Source: Pyrinomonadaceae bacterium
Lineage (GTDB): Bacteria; Acidobacteriota; Blastocatellia; Pyrinomonadales; Pyrinomonadaceae
Assembly (NCBI GenBank): GCA_045807865.1
Contig: JBJMGP010000060.1
Span: 43,991 to 107,990 of the forward strand
DNA length: 64,000 nt
Direction of reading: 5' to 3'
The position numbers and the translations under genes were made by a program. Below, piece by piece: positions 19,575-31,891 of the stretch. Under the pieces are notes generated by a model, which saw nothing but the letters and a program-made list of their open reading frames with translations, did no database searches and was not told the origin of the DNA. How positions within the stretch are numbered: position 1 is the stretch's first letter; the number at the start of each line of letters is the position of its first letter.

Positions 19575-20027
19575 TTGTACATGAAGTGGGAAGAGTTTTT
19601 CGGTTGGATCTTCAGGGGCGGCTTGCGACGCGGGGCGCAGGGGGCGGCGGGCGCGCCGCCTAAGCTCGCGCGCGGGGGCGCCGATCTCATCGCCGGTCAG
19701 GTGGCGCGCACGACCTTTCGCATCTTCAAGAACAATCTGCTCGCGCTCCCCTGGATCAAGGACGGCGAGGAGCTGTCGGCGGCGCTCGACGGCGCGCGCG
19801 CAGACCTGCTGCGCTCGCGCAACGCCTACCGCGAGAGCCTCAAGTCGCGCCGCGCCACCGCGCGTGCCGAGGCCGACTGGCGCCGCGCCACCGAAGACTT
19901 CCGCCGCCAGGTCGCCGGCCTCAACCGCCGCCTCGCCGCCTACAACCTCAAGGCACCCTCCAACGCCTTCCGCAAGTCGCCCGTCGATGCCGACCGCGAA
20001 ATCAGCCACGTCCTCCGCGACGAATAA
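19575..20027 (+). CDS. hypothetical protein, DUF1992 (DnaJC28-like C-terminal) resemblance
   Basis: 150 aa. The plus frame is strongly GC3-rich compared with the overlapping minus ORF. C-terminal ..LNRRLAAYNLKAPS.. recalls the DUF1992 motif. The family call is weak. Confidence 0.45.
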   Translation: MYMKWEEFFGWIFRGGLRRGAQGAAGAPPKLARGGADLIAGQVARTTFRIFKNNLLALPWIKDGEELSAALDGARADLLRSRNAYRESLKSRRATARAEADWRRATEDFRRQVAGLNRRLAAYNLKAPSNAFRKSPVDADREISHVLRDE

Positions 20028-20115
20028 CGCCTCTGCCCCTTAACGTAAGTAGCCATCCGAAAACCCTTGCGGCTATACTGAGCCTTCACCCGGAGACCGA
20101 AGGAGGAAGGCTCAT

Positions 20116-21309
<1,194 letters not shown>

Positions 21310-21313
21310 GACC

Positions 21314-21687
21314 TCACCGGACGATCAGCTTCCCCTTATACATATTCATGCCGCAGGTGAACTCGTATTCGCCGGGCTCGCGCGGGAGGATTTCGAGTGT
21401 GACGGGTTGGTTCTCAGGCAGGTGCGCGCGCCGGCCGAAGTCCGGGAGCACCACCTCCTCGCCGCAGAGCGAAGTCTCGCGCCGCGTGAAGTTGAGGCGC
21501 AGCGGGCGTCCGGCCTCCGCCACGATGGACGCGGGCTGGTAGCCGCCCTTGACCGTCACGTCCACGACCTGCACGCCGCCCGCGACGCCTGCGGCCGAGA
21601 CCGCCTCGCCCTTCCACAGCCAGAAGTACCAGACGATCCACCCGATGAGGCCGAAGCCGACGAGCGTGACGATGATCTGAGTCGTGT

Positions 21688-21691
<4 letters not shown>
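21314..21691 (-). CDS. cupredoxin-like domain protein (membrane anchored), partner of the copper ATPase
   Basis: 125 aa, N-terminal [18 protein letters not shown] metal-site-like end. Start overlaps the copA stop. Confidence 0.7.
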
Positions 21692-24030
<2,339 letters not shown>

Positions 24031-24263
24031 CGTCGCCTGACTTCCCCCAACCGCCTTCAGCTGCGTCGAGTATAAACCCTCTCCTCTGCCCCACGGCCAA
24101 ACTGCCTCCGCCCGGCCATTCTTAACCGTCGGCGGCCGGCGTGTCAGTAAGCTCGGTCACAGAGGCGGGGAGACGCGGGGCAAATTGACGGGCGGAGGTG
24201 GCAGGCGTTACGCTTGGTCTCTATCCCAATCGAAGTAACGCCCGCGCGCTTACCGAGTCTGTC

Positions 24264-25106
24264 ATGGCCGAACCCTTATCCTATAACAAATATCTGCGCG
24301 TGCCCGAGCTGATCGGCTTACAGGAATGCCTGTCCGACCCCGCGCACCACGACGAGCTGCTCTTCATCACCGTCCATCAGGCGTACGAGCTGTGGTTCAA
24401 GCAGGTGCTCCACGAGATCGACGCCGCGGCCCGTGCGATGCGCGAAGACCGCGCGGCCGTCGCCGCGCGCGCCCTCGGCCGCGTCGTCGAGATAGAGAAA
24501 CTGCTCGTCACGCAGATACACATCCTTGAGACGATGACGCCGATCAACTTCCTCGGCTTCCGCGACCAGCTCAACCCGGCGAGCGGCTTCCAGTCGATGC
24601 AGTTCCGTGAGATAGAGTTCTCTTCGGGCCTCAAAGACGACGCCATCCTGCGCGCCTTCGGCGACGACGAGTTCGCGAGCGGGCGCCTGCGCGCGCGCAT
24701 GGACGCGCCCGCCCTCGGCGCAGAGTTCTACGCGCTGTTCACACGTCGCGGCCTGGACGCCCCGCCCGACGACGCCACACTCTCCGACGACGAGCGCCGC
24801 GCGCGCTACGGCCGCCGCGTCCGCGCCGTGCTCGAAGTCGTCACGCACTTCGAGGCGCGCTACGAAGAGTACCAGCTCTCCGAAGCCCTCATCGCGCACG
24901 ACGAGTTCTTCTCGCTCTGGCGCTATCACCACGTCAAGATGGTCGAGCGCATGCTCGGCACACGGAAGGGCACCGGCGGCAGCGAGGGCGTCGGCTACCT
25001 GAAGACCACGCTCGACAAAAAGTTCTTCCCCGAACTCTGGGAGGCGCGCACCCACCTCGACTCCACACACGGCGCCGGGGGCTGCCCCTTCGCCGGCCGC
25101 GGCTGA
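24264..25106 (+). CDS. kynA: tryptophan 2,3-dioxygenase
   Basis: 280 aa from the ATG at 24264. YNKYLRVPELIGLQ...HDELLFITVHQAYELWFKQVLHEI, ...WRYHHVKMVERMLG...GTGGS.GV.YL. Confidence 0.9.
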   Translation: MAEPLSYNKYLRVPELIGLQECLSDPAHHDELLFITVHQAYELWFKQVLHEIDAAARAMREDRAAVAARALGRVVEIEKLLVTQIHILETMTPINFLGFRDQLNPASGFQSMQFREIEFSSGLKDDAILRAFGDDEFASGRLRARMDAPALGAEFYALFTRRGLDAPPDDATLSDDERRARYGRRVRAVLEVVTHFEARYEEYQLSEALIAHDEFFSLWRYHHVKMVERMLGTRKGTGGSEGVGYLKTTLDKKFFPELWEARTHLDSTHGAGGCPFAGRG

Positions 25107-25124
25107 CGCCGAACGCCTTCGCTT

Positions 25125-26672
25125 ATGCCTGAGGTCGAATTCCCCGAGCGGTTCAACATGGGCGACTACTTCCTCTACCACAACGTGGAGGAGGGGCGCG
25201 CGGGAAAGGCGTGCCTGTACTACCGGGACGAGACGTACACGTACGGGGAGGCGGTGCGCCTGTCGAACCGTGCGGGCGGGGCGCTCAGAGAGTTGGGCGT
25301 GCGGATGGAAGACCGCGTGCTCGTCGTGCTGCCGGACTGCCCGGAGTTCGCCTGGACGTGGTTCGGCATCAACCGTGTGGGCGGCGTCATCACGATGGTC
25401 AACCCGCTGCTGCCGGCGGACGACTACCGCTACTACCTCGAATACACGCGCGCCCGCGTCGCGGTCATCCACGAGTCTCTGCTGGAGAACTTCACGCAGG
25501 CCGCCCGCGACGCGAAGCACTTGCAGAACGTACTCGTCGTCGGCGCGGAGCGTGGGGACTTTCACTCATTTGCCGAAGCCTTAAGCTCTCAGTCCGATGA
25601 ATTAACCCCGGCCGACACGCACCGCGACGACGTGGCCATCTGGCTCTTCACGTCGGGCTCGACGGGCCACCCGAAGGGCGCGGTGCACTTGCAGCACGAC
25701 CTCCCCTACAACACCGAGTGCTACGCGAAGGGCGTGCTCGGCGTGAGCGAGAGCGACCTGACGGTCGCCGTCCCCAAGCTCTTCTTCGGCTACGCGACGG
25801 GCACGAACCTGCTCTTCCCCTTCGCCGTCGGCGGCGCCACTGCCCTCTTCTCCGAGCGCTCGACGCCCGAAAAATTGTTTGAAGTCATCGAACGTTACCG
25901 CCCGACCCTGCTGACGAGCGTGCCGACGATGATTAACGGCATGCTCAACGTGGAGGGCTCGGCACAGAGAGATTTATCTACCCTCCGCATGTGCCTGTCG
26001 GCGGGCGAGGCCCTCCCCGCAGAGTTGTACCGCCGCTGGGTCGAGACCTTCGGCGTCGAAATCTACGACGGGATCGGCTCGGCCGAGATGTTCCACATCT
26101 ACATCACGAACCGCCCCGGCGACGTGCGGCCCGGCAGCCTCGGCCGCGTCGTCAAGGGCTATGAGGCCGAGGTCGTGGACGCCGAAGGGCGGCGCCTGCC
26201 CGCGGGCGAGATGGGGACGTTAAAGGTCAAGGGCGACTCGGCCGCGCTCTGCTACTGGCAGGCGCACGAGAAGTCGAAGCAGACCTTCGCCGGAGACTGG
26301 TGCACAACGGGCGACCAGTTCCATCTGGACGAAGAAGGCTACTTCTGGTACCACGGCCGCACCGACGACATGCTCAAGGTTTCGGGCGTCTTCGTCGCGC
26401 CCGCCGAGATCGAGAACTGCCTGCTCCAGCACGAGGCCGTCCTCGAAGCGGCGGTGGTCGGCCACGACCCCGGAGACGGCCTCATCAAGCCCAAAGCCTT
26501 CCTCGTCCTCCGCGAAGGCCACGCCCCCGGCGACGACCTCGCCCGGTCGATTAAAGAGTTCGTCAAATCGCACCTCGCACTCTACAAGTATCCCCGCTGG
26601 GTCGAGTTCGTCCCCTCGCTCCCCAAGAACGACCGCGGGAAGATCGACCGCAGGCAGCTCAAGGCGCTCTGA
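25125..26672 (+). CDS. aryl-CoA ligase of the benzoate / 2-aminobenzoate / 4-hydroxybenzoate-CoA ligase family
   Basis: 515 aa. AMP-binding LFTSGSTGHPKGAVH, YATGTN, GDWCTTGDQF, PKNDRGKIDRRQL. Confidence 0.8.
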   Translation: MPEVEFPERFNMGDYFLYHNVEEGRAGKACLYYRDETYTYGEAVRLSNRAGGALRELGVRMEDRVLVVLPDCPEFAWTWFGINRVGGVITMVNPLLPADDYRYYLEYTRARVAVIHESLLENFTQAARDAKHLQNVLVVGAERGDFHSFAEALSSQSDELTPADTHRDDVAIWLFTSGSTGHPKGAVHLQHDLPYNTECYAKGVLGVSESDLTVAVPKLFFGYATGTNLLFPFAVGGATALFSERSTPEKLFEVIERYRPTLLTSVPTMINGMLNVEGSAQRDLSTLRMCLSAGEALPAELYRRWVETFGVEIYDGIGSAEMFHIYITNRPGDVRPGSLGRVVKGYEAEVVDAEGRRLPAGEMGTLKVKGDSAALCYWQAHEKSKQTFAGDWCTTGDQFHLDEEGYFWYHGRTDDMLKVSGVFVAPAEIENCLLQHEAVLEAAVVGHDPGDGLIKPKAFLVLREGHAPGDDLARSIKEFVKSHLALYKYPRWVEFVPSLPKNDRGKIDRRQLKAL

Positions 26673-26722
26673 GGCCCGACCCTGCCCGGGCTCAAGTTAC
26701 CGGTAATTTTTTGAAAATTCCG

Positions 26723-26752
26723 TTGACACCGCCCAAAGTCCGGGGGTAGACT
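26723..26752 (+). promoter_or_regulatory. sigma-70-like promoter candidate
   Basis: TTGACA (26723-26728), 18-nt spacer, TAGACT (26747-26752), about 90 nt upstream of the response-regulator ATG. Confidence 0.3.
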
Positions 26753-26839
26753 CCGTGAACTCTCGCGTTCCCGTTGGTACCAATCTTACAACCCGTGCCC
26801 CAGAGAACGGTCGCCCCTTGTCTAAAGAGGTCTCTCTCC

Positions 26840-27286
26840 ATGCCCCCCAGGAAACCCCGTCACCGCCCGCTCGTCATGGTCATCGACGAGTCCCGGCACA
26901 CGCGCAAGGAACTGCGGTTCTACCTTTCGAACGAAGGCTACGATGTTGAAGAGGCCGCGAACAGCCACGCGGCCTTTGAGAGCGCTTCAGACGAGTCGCC
27001 CGACCTCATCCTGATCGACCTGAACATGCCGGGGTCGAGCGGCGTGCTCGCCACGCAGAGGCTCCGCGGCGCCGCGCAGTTGAGCGGCGTTCCCGTCGTC
27101 GCGTGCGCGGGGCCGGACAGCCAGGCCTATCGCGACGCGGCGCGCGCGGCCGGCGCGGACGCCTACGTCACGAAGCCCTTCAACCCGGCCGTGCTCATGC
27201 GCCTAGTGCGGAGCCTTCTGAATCGGCGAGCCGTGGGCGTCCTGCCGAGCAGCGACGTGGCGCAACTGGCGAGCATGGTCTTATAG
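26840..27286 (+). CDS. single-domain response regulator (CheY-like receiver)
   Basis: 148 aa. ATG 26840 after AAAGAGG. VMVIDES..., phospho-acceptor context DLILIDLNMPG, YVTKPF. Confidence 0.75.
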   Translation: MPPRKPRHRPLVMVIDESRHTRKELRFYLSNEGYDVEEAANSHAAFESASDESPDLILIDLNMPGSSGVLATQRLRGAAQLSGVPVVACAGPDSQAYRDAARAAGADAYVTKPFNPAVLMRLVRSLLNRRAVGVLPSSDVAQLASMVL

Positions 27287-27360
27287 ACCGCGCCGACTCG
27301 TTCGGTGCGCGCAAGCGGGGGGCGCTATTGTCGGCGCCCCTTTCTGTCGGCCTCGCACTC

Positions 27361-27774
27361 ATGCCCTTCTCCACACGCACCCGCGTCCGCTTCGGCGACT
27401 GCGACCCGGCTGGTCTGGTCTACTACCCCGTGCTGTTCCACTACTGCCACGCGGCGATGGAGGAGTTCTTCGAGTCGCGTTGCGGCCTGAGTTACGCGCG
27501 ACTGATGTCGGAGCGGCGCATCGGCTTCCCGACGGTGAACGTGCGCGCGGAGTTCTTCGCGCCGTTCGTCTACGGCGACGAGGCGTCGGTCGAGGTGTGG
27601 GCCTCGGCGGTCGGCCGCACGTCCGTCACGTTCGAGTATCGCCTGCGCCGCGCCGCGGACGGCGAGCTGTGCGCCAGCGCCACGCACGTGCAGGTCTCGA
27701 TGGAGCTGGACGCGCGCCGCGCCGTGCCCGTCCCCGCAGACCTCCGCCGCGCCTTCGAGTTGAGCGCCGTCTGA
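27361..27774 (+). CDS. acyl-CoA thioesterase, 4HBT/YbgC hot-dog fold
   Basis: 137 aa. VRFGDCDPAGLVYYPVLFHYCH (catalytic Asp context), hot-dog length. Confidence 0.8.
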   Translation: MPFSTRTRVRFGDCDPAGLVYYPVLFHYCHAAMEEFFESRCGLSYARLMSERRIGFPTVNVRAEFFAPFVYGDEASVEVWASAVGRTSVTFEYRLRRAADGELCASATHVQVSMELDARRAVPVPADLRRAFELSAV

Positions 27775-27956
27775 ACGCGACTCCGACGAAGCCTGACAAG
27801 AGAAGAGACTCGGAGTCTTCGCGCGCAACTTCCTGGAATGCGCGGCGCAATCATCCTTTCATGTGATGGAACCAATCAGAGGCGATTCGGCGAGGCGCGC
27901 GACGCCCGCGCGCCCTTCGGCGCTTACCCCAAAACTCTCTAAGTGAGGTGCCCCCG

Positions 27957-28631
27957 TTGAAAAAGCTCCTGCTCTCCCTGGCCGCACTCCTCGTTCTCTG
28001 CGCGTCGCAGTCCGCGAAGGCCGACACGCTGACTTTCACGCCGACCCCCGTTGACCTGAACGACCTCGACCACCACATGGTCTACACCTGGAAGGTCTCG
28101 AACGTTAACCTGCCCCAAGGGCAAACAATCACCGGCGCGCGCATCAGCATCAAGAACATCGCGAACTGGGACGCGAACGCCAACCGGCTCTTCATCCACC
28201 TGCTCGACAACGCGAAGAACGCGGGCGTCGCCTCGTTCACGGACGACCCGAACACGAGCAACACCAGCGTCAATATCGACGACGACTTCGTCGATACGCG
28301 CTACCACAACCTGAGCAACTGGCTGGTGGCGAACGGCACGGCCGACACATTCCTGACCTCGCAGTCGTTCACGATGACGCCGACGAACTTCGTCTACAAC
28401 TTCACCACCTCGCAGTTGACCGCACTCTTCGCCTACATCTCGAACGGCGGCAACTTCGCGCTCGGCTTCGACCCCGACTGCCACTTCTTTAACGACGGCG
28501 TCAAGTTCGAGATCTTCACGACCTCGGCGCCGCCCACGCCCACGCCCGAGCCCGCGACCATCGCGCTGCTCGGCACCGGCCTCGCCGGCCTCTACGCGCG
28601 CCGCCGGCGGAAGGCCAACCGCGCCGCCTAG
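27957..28631 (+). CDS. PEP-CTERM sorting-domain exported protein
   Basis: TTG at 27957, 8 nt after GAGG (the track's GTG at 27948 is also possible). Signal peptide KKLLLSLAALLVLCASQSAKA. C-terminal PEPATIALLGTGLAGLYARRRRK. Confidence 0.75.
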   Translation: MKKLLLSLAALLVLCASQSAKADTLTFTPTPVDLNDLDHHMVYTWKVSNVNLPQGQTITGARISIKNIANWDANANRLFIHLLDNAKNAGVASFTDDPNTSNTSVNIDDDFVDTRYHNLSNWLVANGTADTFLTSQSFTMTPTNFVYNFTTSQLTALFAYISNGGNFALGFDPDCHFFNDGVKFEIFTTSAPPTPTPEPATIALLGTGLAGLYARRRRKANRAA

Positions 28632-28657
28632 CACTAAAGCACCCGCGCTCTCCCGCC

Positions 28658-28702
28658 GCCGGCCCGCGAAGGATCACGTTCCTTCGCGGGCCGGCACTTT
28701 TT
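28658..28702 (+). terminator. rho-independent terminator
   Basis: gccggcccgcgaagg - atcacgtt - ccttcgcgggccggc (15-bp perfect stem) followed by acttttt. Confidence 0.8.
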
Positions 28703-29032
28703 CACCACCGCCCGTCATTGTGGAAGATTGACGCGGCTGTCCCTATGATAGAAGTTAATTGACTGCCACAACTCGGGCCGCGGATTCCGTCCCCAGTAGA
28801 GACCGCGCCGGTAGGGCTATTTAAAACCTGCTCGCCGAATTCCGCCCGTAGTACACTGACCACCAACAAAAACACCACGGCCAAGGCGCAGTACATGCAC
28901 GCGACGAACACGCCCATCGGCGACATCACCGACCTCGGCTACTGGACAAAGTAGAACAGCGCCTCGTTCGCCGGCGGCGAGCCTTCTTACCAACTCGTGC
29001 TCTGCTATGAACGGGCGTGCGGCGCGGGCGTT

Positions 29033-29061
29033 TTTACATGGGTCTGCGCGTGACTTATAAT
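29033..29061 (+). promoter_or_regulatory. sigma-70-like promoter candidate
   Basis: TTTACA (29033-29038), 17-nt spacer, TATAAT (29056-29061), upstream of the TPR gene. Confidence 0.45.
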
Positions 29062-29146
29062 CCGAACGCCTCGGATGGTCTCGCCTGAAAGCCTTTCCGC
29101 TTTGAAAGTCCGGACGGCGCGCCCCGCGGCGCTGGAGGTTTCGTTA

Positions 29147-30370
29147 GTGTCTAAACGCAGAACGACTTCGCTTATCATCTCGCTCGTCCTCTCGTTCGCG
29201 GTGTTCGCGCCGCAGGCCGCGCTCGGCTACCGCGGGTCGGAGACGGCGGCCGTGAGCAGCGCCGCGCCGCCCGCGCCCGCGCGCGTCGAAGCAGAGACGA
29301 ACGTCGAAGCCTCCGAAGAGACAGTCGAGGCCGCGGACTCGCAGCCCGACAAGCCGAGGGGCAACGCCTTCGCGCGCGCACTGGCCGCGCCCTTCCGCGC
29401 GCTCGCCAGGCTGTTCGGCGGCGGCCGCAAGAGTGAGACGGCGAAGAAGTCCGCCCCGCCCCGGAAGCAGGGGCCGGAGGCGCCCAAGGGTACAGTCGAG
29501 GTGAGTCAGACGGCTCGCGTAGACACGGCGATTCAGGACGGGGCCGTCTCCGAGCCGATTGAAGAGCCGAAGGTCGAGCCCGTCACGTCTCGCACCAGAT
29601 GGACGCCCGAGGCGCCGCAAGTACAGACGGCCCCGGCAGCCGCGCCGACGCCGGAGGGCGTGCGCATCGTCCGCCCTCCGGCGGGAGAGGCGGCCGAGGA
29701 GTTGCGGCCGAAGATGTGGATTCCGCTGATCGTCGGCGTGCCCTCCGACCCGGTCTCGCAGGGGCGCGCCCTGCTCCTGCACGGCTACGTGCAGGAGGCG
29801 ATTGCGGAGTTGCAGATAGCCGCGTCGAACGTCGGCCCGCAGCTGGCCGAGGCCAACAACCTGCTCGGACTCGCCTACGACCGTCTGGGCTGGCACAGGC
29901 AGGCGGCCGAGGCTTACGGGCGCGCGCTGACGGTCTCGCCTGAAGACTGGGTCGTGCTCGCCAATCTCGGCTATTCGCTCTACCTCTCCGACGACTACGC
30001 GGGGGCACTCCGCCGGTTCAATCAGGCGGCCAGGCTCGCACCGTCCGAGCCGATCATCTACAACAACCTCGCCGTCGTCAGCGCGCGCCTGGGCCGTTAC
30101 GGCGACGCCTACAAGAACTTCGCGAAGGCTTCCAACGATTACGAGGCGCACGTCAAGCTCGCCGGCATCCTCGAAGAACAGCGGCGCGATAAGGAGGCGG
30201 TCAAGCACTATGAGGCCGCGCTCCGGCTCCAGCCCGGCGCCAGCGCCGTCCTCGAAAGGCTCGTCGCCCTCTACGAGCGCACCGGCGAACGCGACAAGGC
30301 CGACACCGCCCGCCGCGCCCTCTCCCAACCCAGGAACCCGCAGAGGACAGCCACCGGCGGCGGCGGCTGA
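29147..30370 (+). CDS. TPR-repeat protein with N-terminal membrane anchor / signal
   Basis: GTG at 29147, 8 nt after GGAGG (the track ATG at 29075 would be almost leaderless). Anchor TSLIISLVLSFAVFAPQAALG. Low-complexity Ala/Pro/Glu linker. C-terminal TPRs (AEANNLLGLAYDRLGWHRQAAEAYGRALTVSPED...). Confidence 0.7.
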   Translation: MSKRRTTSLIISLVLSFAVFAPQAALGYRGSETAAVSSAAPPAPARVEAETNVEASEETVEAADSQPDKPRGNAFARALAAPFRALARLFGGGRKSETAKKSAPPRKQGPEAPKGTVEVSQTARVDTAIQDGAVSEPIEEPKVEPVTSRTRWTPEAPQVQTAPAAAPTPEGVRIVRPPAGEAAEELRPKMWIPLIVGVPSDPVSQGRALLLHGYVQEAIAELQIAASNVGPQLAEANNLLGLAYDRLGWHRQAAEAYGRALTVSPEDWVVLANLGYSLYLSDDYAGALRRFNQAARLAPSEPIIYNNLAVVSARLGRYGDAYKNFAKASNDYEAHVKLAGILEEQRRDKEAVKHYEAALRLQPGASAVLERLVALYERTGERDKADTARRALSQPRNPQRTATGGGG

Positions 30371-30373
30371 AGA

Positions 30374-30482
30374 GCAGTAGGCAGTAGTCAGTAGAAAAGA
30401 TTTCAAGACATGCGGCGCGCCACAGCCTACAGGCCGGGCGCGCCGCTTCGTATTCCTACTGGATACTGTCTAACGTCTACCG
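30374..30482. repeat. composite element: GCAGTAG heptamers flanking a GC-rich 10-bp-stem hairpin
   Basis: gcagtaggcagtagtcagtag (30374-30394). gcggcgcgcc (30412-30421) pairs with ggcgcgccgc (30437-30446). Degenerate complementary heptamers cctactggatactgtctaacgtctaccg. It lies between convergent genes, a terminator position. Confidence 0.7.
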
Positions 30483-30484
30483 GG

Positions 30485-31891
30485 TCACTGGCGCTTGGTC
30501 AGGTTGTAATCCCTGAGCCTGCGGTAGAGCGTGGAGGGCGAGATGCCGAGCATCTCGGCGGTCTTGCCGCGGTGCCATCCGGTCTGCTCCAGTGCGGCGA
30601 GAATCTGCTGGCGCTCGACCTCGCGCAGTGGCGGCGGGACGGCCGGGGCGGCGTTGCCCTGCGCGTCGCCGCCGGGAGCCGCGGCCGCGGCGGCGGGTCG
30701 GAAGGAGAGAGCCGGCGCGACGATCTCGGGCGGGAGTTCCGAGGTCGTGATGCGCCCGTCGTTGGAGAGCAGGACGGCGCGCTCAAGCGTGTTGCGGAGT
30801 TGCCGGACGTTGCCGGGCCAGGAGTACGACTTGAGCGCGGAGAGCACCTCGGGCGTCAACTCGGGCGCGTTGGGGCCGGCGAGTCGCGTGAGGAGGTGGC
30901 GCGCGATGGGCTCCACGTCCTCGGGCCGCTCGCGCAGAGGGGGCAGGTTGATCTGGAAGCTGTTGATGCGGTAGAGCAGGTCTGCGCGGAAGCGGCCGTC
31001 GGAGGTGACCTCGCTGATGTCGCGGTTGGTGGCGGCGACGATGCGGACGTTGACCTGCACCTTGCGCACGGCGCCCACGCGGAAGAAGGAGTTGGTCTCA
31101 ATCGCGCGCAGGAGCTTCGACTGCAAGGGCGCCGGCAGCTCCGTCACCTCGTCGAGGAAGATGGTGCCGTTGTCGGCCAGCTCCCACAGCCCGAGCTTCC
31201 GGCCCTTCGCGCCCGAGAACGCGCCGGCCTCGTAGCCGAACAGCTCCGACTCCAACAGTGACTCCTGAAACGCAGCGCAGTTCAGGTCGATGAAGGAGCC
31301 TTCGCTGCGCAGGGAGAGGCGGTGGATGGCGTTGGCGACCAGCTCCTTGCCCGTGCCCGACTCGCCCGTGATGAGGACTGAAGCGTCCGACGGCGCGACG
31401 CGCTCGACCAGACGCATCACCTCTTTCATCCCGTCGGAGACGAAGACGATCTCGGGCGTGGCCGAACGCCGCTCGACGAGCGTGCGCAGCCGCGCGTTGT
31501 CCACGCGCAGCCTTCGCTTCTCCGCGGCCTGCTTGACCAGCGCGTCCAGCTCCGCGATGCGGTAGGGCTTCGAGAGGTAGTCGTAGGCGCCGAGCTTCAT
31601 CGCCTCGATGGCCGACTCGACGGTGGCGTGCCCCGTGAGCATGATGACCTCGGGCGGGTTCGGCCGCTGGTGGACGCGGCGCAGCAGCTCCATGCCGTCC
31701 ATGTGCGGCATCGAGATGTCTGAGAGCAGCACGTCCACGTTGCTCTCTTCGAGGAGTTTTAAGGCGGCCTCGCCGTCGGGCGCGACCCTCACGTCGTGGC
31801 CCATGCGCTGAAGCTCTTTTTGCAGGACGAGGCGGAGGTTCGCCTCGTCTTCGGCGACGAGTATGCGCGCAGGCTGTCGGTTCTCACTCAA
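30485..31891 (-). CDS. sigma-54-dependent response regulator (NtrC family)
   Basis: 468 aa. Receiver ILVAEDE...LLSDISMPHMDG. AAA+ GESGTGKELVANAIH, GAFSGA (GAFTGA variant), C-terminal Fis-type HTH. Confidence 0.9.
   Translation of the reverse strand: MSENRQPARILVAEDEANLRLVLQKELQRMGHDVRVAPDGEAALKLLEESNVDVLLSDISMPHMDGMELLRRVHQRPNPPEVIMLTGHATVESAIEAMKLGAYDYLSKPYRIAELDALVKQAAEKRRLRVDNARLRTLVERRSATPEIVFVSDGMKEVMRLVERVAPSDASVLITGESGTGKELVANAIHRLSLRSEGSFIDLNCAAFQESLLESELFGYEAGAFSGAKGRKLGLWELADNGTIFLDEVTELPAPLQSKLLRAIETNSFFRVGAVRKVQVNVRIVAATNRDISEVTSDGRFRADLLYRINSFQINLPPLRERPEDVEPIARHLLTRLAGPNAPELTPEVLSALKSYSWPGNVRQLRNTLERAVLLSNDGRITTSELPPEIVAPALSFRPAAAAAAPGGDAQGNAAPAVPPPLREVERQQILAALEQTGWHRGKTAEMLGISPSTLYRRLRDYNLTKRQ

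Noticed and set aside
27781-27830. Possible degenerate heptamer element or terminator after the thioesterase gene (gactccg ... cggagtc around ctgacaagagaagag).
   Set aside because: Only a 7-bp stem with a 25-nt loop and no T-run. It resembles the repeat centres but is too weak to list as a feature.
28702-28929. 75-aa minus-strand ORF with a hydrophobic N-terminus.
   Set aside because: Low GC3 compared with every supported gene, no SD, and it lies in the AT-richer patch. It cannot be excluded as a small membrane protein, but it is not supported.
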